The notes below the pieces were generated by a model, which saw only the letters and a program-made list of their open reading frames with translations, was not told the DNA's origin and did not search any database. A stretch of 37,502 bases of DNA. Origin: a virus (Duplodnaviria > Heunggongvirae > Uroviricota > Caudoviricetes). Of this stretch, positions 36,325 through 37,502 are shown piece by piece (positions within the stretch are counted from its first letter, which is position 1; each line of letters opens with the position of its first letter). Location of the stretch: positions 1 through 37,502 of IMG/VR virus record IMGVR_UViG_3300001487_000052. One strand, written 5' to 3'. A program made the position numbers and the translations under genes.

Positions 36325-37502
36325 ATGGTAGTGTTTAGAGAAAAGGTATTTGTTCTTCCTCTACTTGCGCGTGGTGGTGCTCTTCTTGCTAAAATTGGAG
36401 GTGGTTCAAAAGTTGCTGGAGCTATGAATGCTGCCTCTACCGGTTCTATGGTTGGTGGGCTGTTTCAGGGAGGAAAACAAATGAAACAAGCTGAACAATT
36501 AGCTGCGCAACAATCAAGAGACATGTTAAGACAGCAGACAATGCAAAAAAGAATGCAAGAACAATCCATAAAGGAGCAGCAAAGAATGGTAAATAAGGCC
36601 GTTAAAAGTGGAGCTCCTGTTAGTTTTAATATGCCACAACCACAACAGACAACTTTCTCTATAACCTTAAAACGAAAAACCTTTGCAAATCCGGTAGTAC
36701 AAGGTATTACTAAGATTGCGAATAAAGCTGCTACATCTAAAGCTTGGACTAAATTCAAGGGGTCTAAGACAGGAAGTAATATTCTCGGGTTTGGAAAAGA
36801 CCTTATTGAAGTTGGTAAAAAGAGGGGATCAGCACAGAAGATAGCTGATATGACTGCTATGGGTGCTACTATGGCTGGAGGAAGTTATCTTGTTGATAAA
36901 GCTATTCAGGCCGATGCTAAGAAGAGTGGTATCCCTATAGAATCCGAACAACCACAGGAGAAAAAGAAGTCTGGGGTTGTAAAGAAAGCTATTTTAGGTA
37001 CTGGCGCTGCGGCTGGAACTCTCTTACTTGCTAAGAAAGGGAAACTAAATACCCAAACATTTAAGAAGGGTGGTAAGATGTTGGGAGAAGGTTTTAAGAA
37101 TCAATTCCGACTCAAAGATCCTAATACTGGAAAGAAGAGTATCCTAGGTCCTGCTCTTACTATTGGATTCCCTGCTTTTACTGGTATTTCTTATCTTACA
37201 CAAAAGAAACAAATGAAAGACCAGATAGAACAGAGTGAAAGACAATACTCTAAGTCTGCTTTTGTTAGGAACTTAGGGAAAAGAATAGGTAATGCTGGTA
37301 AGAAAATTATAGATGCTCCTGCTGCTCTGATGGGTTTTGGAAAGAGTAATAGACAAGAATTATCTAACCAGTTCAAGAGTGTAGGTATTAATTCCGGAAA
37401 CCCAATAACAATGAAGGTATCTAAGATAGTGAATCCGAAGAATGCTCTCTTAGGAACCTTTGCTGGAATCGGTGTTGGGTCATTAGCACTTAAACCCTTT
37501 GA
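36325..37502 (+). CDS. Multi-module Gly/Ala/Lys-rich protein, truncated by the window end (not in the track)
   Basis: Open frame from ATG 36325 to the window edge: MVVFREKVFV..., TTFSITLKRKTFA..., ERQYSK... Confidence 0.75.
   Translation, partial: MVVFREKVFVLPLLARGGALLAKIGGGSKVAGAMNAASTGSMVGGLFQGGKQMKQAEQLAAQQSRDMLRQQTMQKRMQEQSIKEQQRMVNKAVKSGAPVSFNMPQPQQTTFSITLKRKTFANPVVQGITKIANKAATSKAWTKFKGSKTGSNILGFGKDLIEVGKKRGSAQKIADMTAMGATMAGGSYLVDKAIQADAKKSGIPIESEQPQEKKKSGVVKKAILGTGAAAGTLLLAKKGKLNTQTFKKGGKMLGEGFKNQFRLKDPNTGKKSILGPALTIGFPAFTGISYLTQKKQMKDQIEQSERQYSKSAFVRNLGKRIGNAGKKIIDAPAALMGFGKSNRQELSNQFKSVGINSGNPITMKVSKIVNPKNALLGTFAGIGVGSLALKPF

Noticed and set aside
1-37502. Stop-codon reassignment as in some large gut phages
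   Set aside because: Long genes are intact in code 11, and TAA, TAG and TGA all end genes at tight junctions. Only one in-frame TGA (20025) was noticed.

Overview
A 37.5 kb piece of a large, AT-rich tailed dsDNA phage genome in the standard genetic code. The T4-gp23-like capsid suggests a jumbo myovirus, and the scarcity of Shine-Dalgarno sites suggests a Bacteroidota host (both inferences). Left half (1-21.3 kb), accessory/replication-type genes: two convergent paralogous SF2 helicase-like genes, each preceded by a 0.5-0.6 kb non-coding tract of purine-skewed, strand-specific DNA hairpins; a MoxR AAA+ ATPase split in its Walker A motif by a 262-nt group I intron, followed by its metallopeptidase-VWA partner; DUF488; RNase HI; a LemA-like/membrane pair; and two tandem arrays of small paralogues. 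Right half (21.5-37.5 kb), head morphogenesis: portal, small basic proteins, a zincin-motif protein, a free-standing homing endonuclease, prohead protease, acidic scaffold, major capsid protein and Gly/Ala/Lys-rich proteins. Most head-module proteins share a (K/R)-x-(F/Y)-(S/A/T) motif that looks like a cleavage or head-targeting signal. A phage promoter motif (CCTTATA), a fixed-spacing AGCGACCA cassette and two covarying tRNA-like mini-elements are also visible. All protein calls come from motif recognition by eye; no database search was run.
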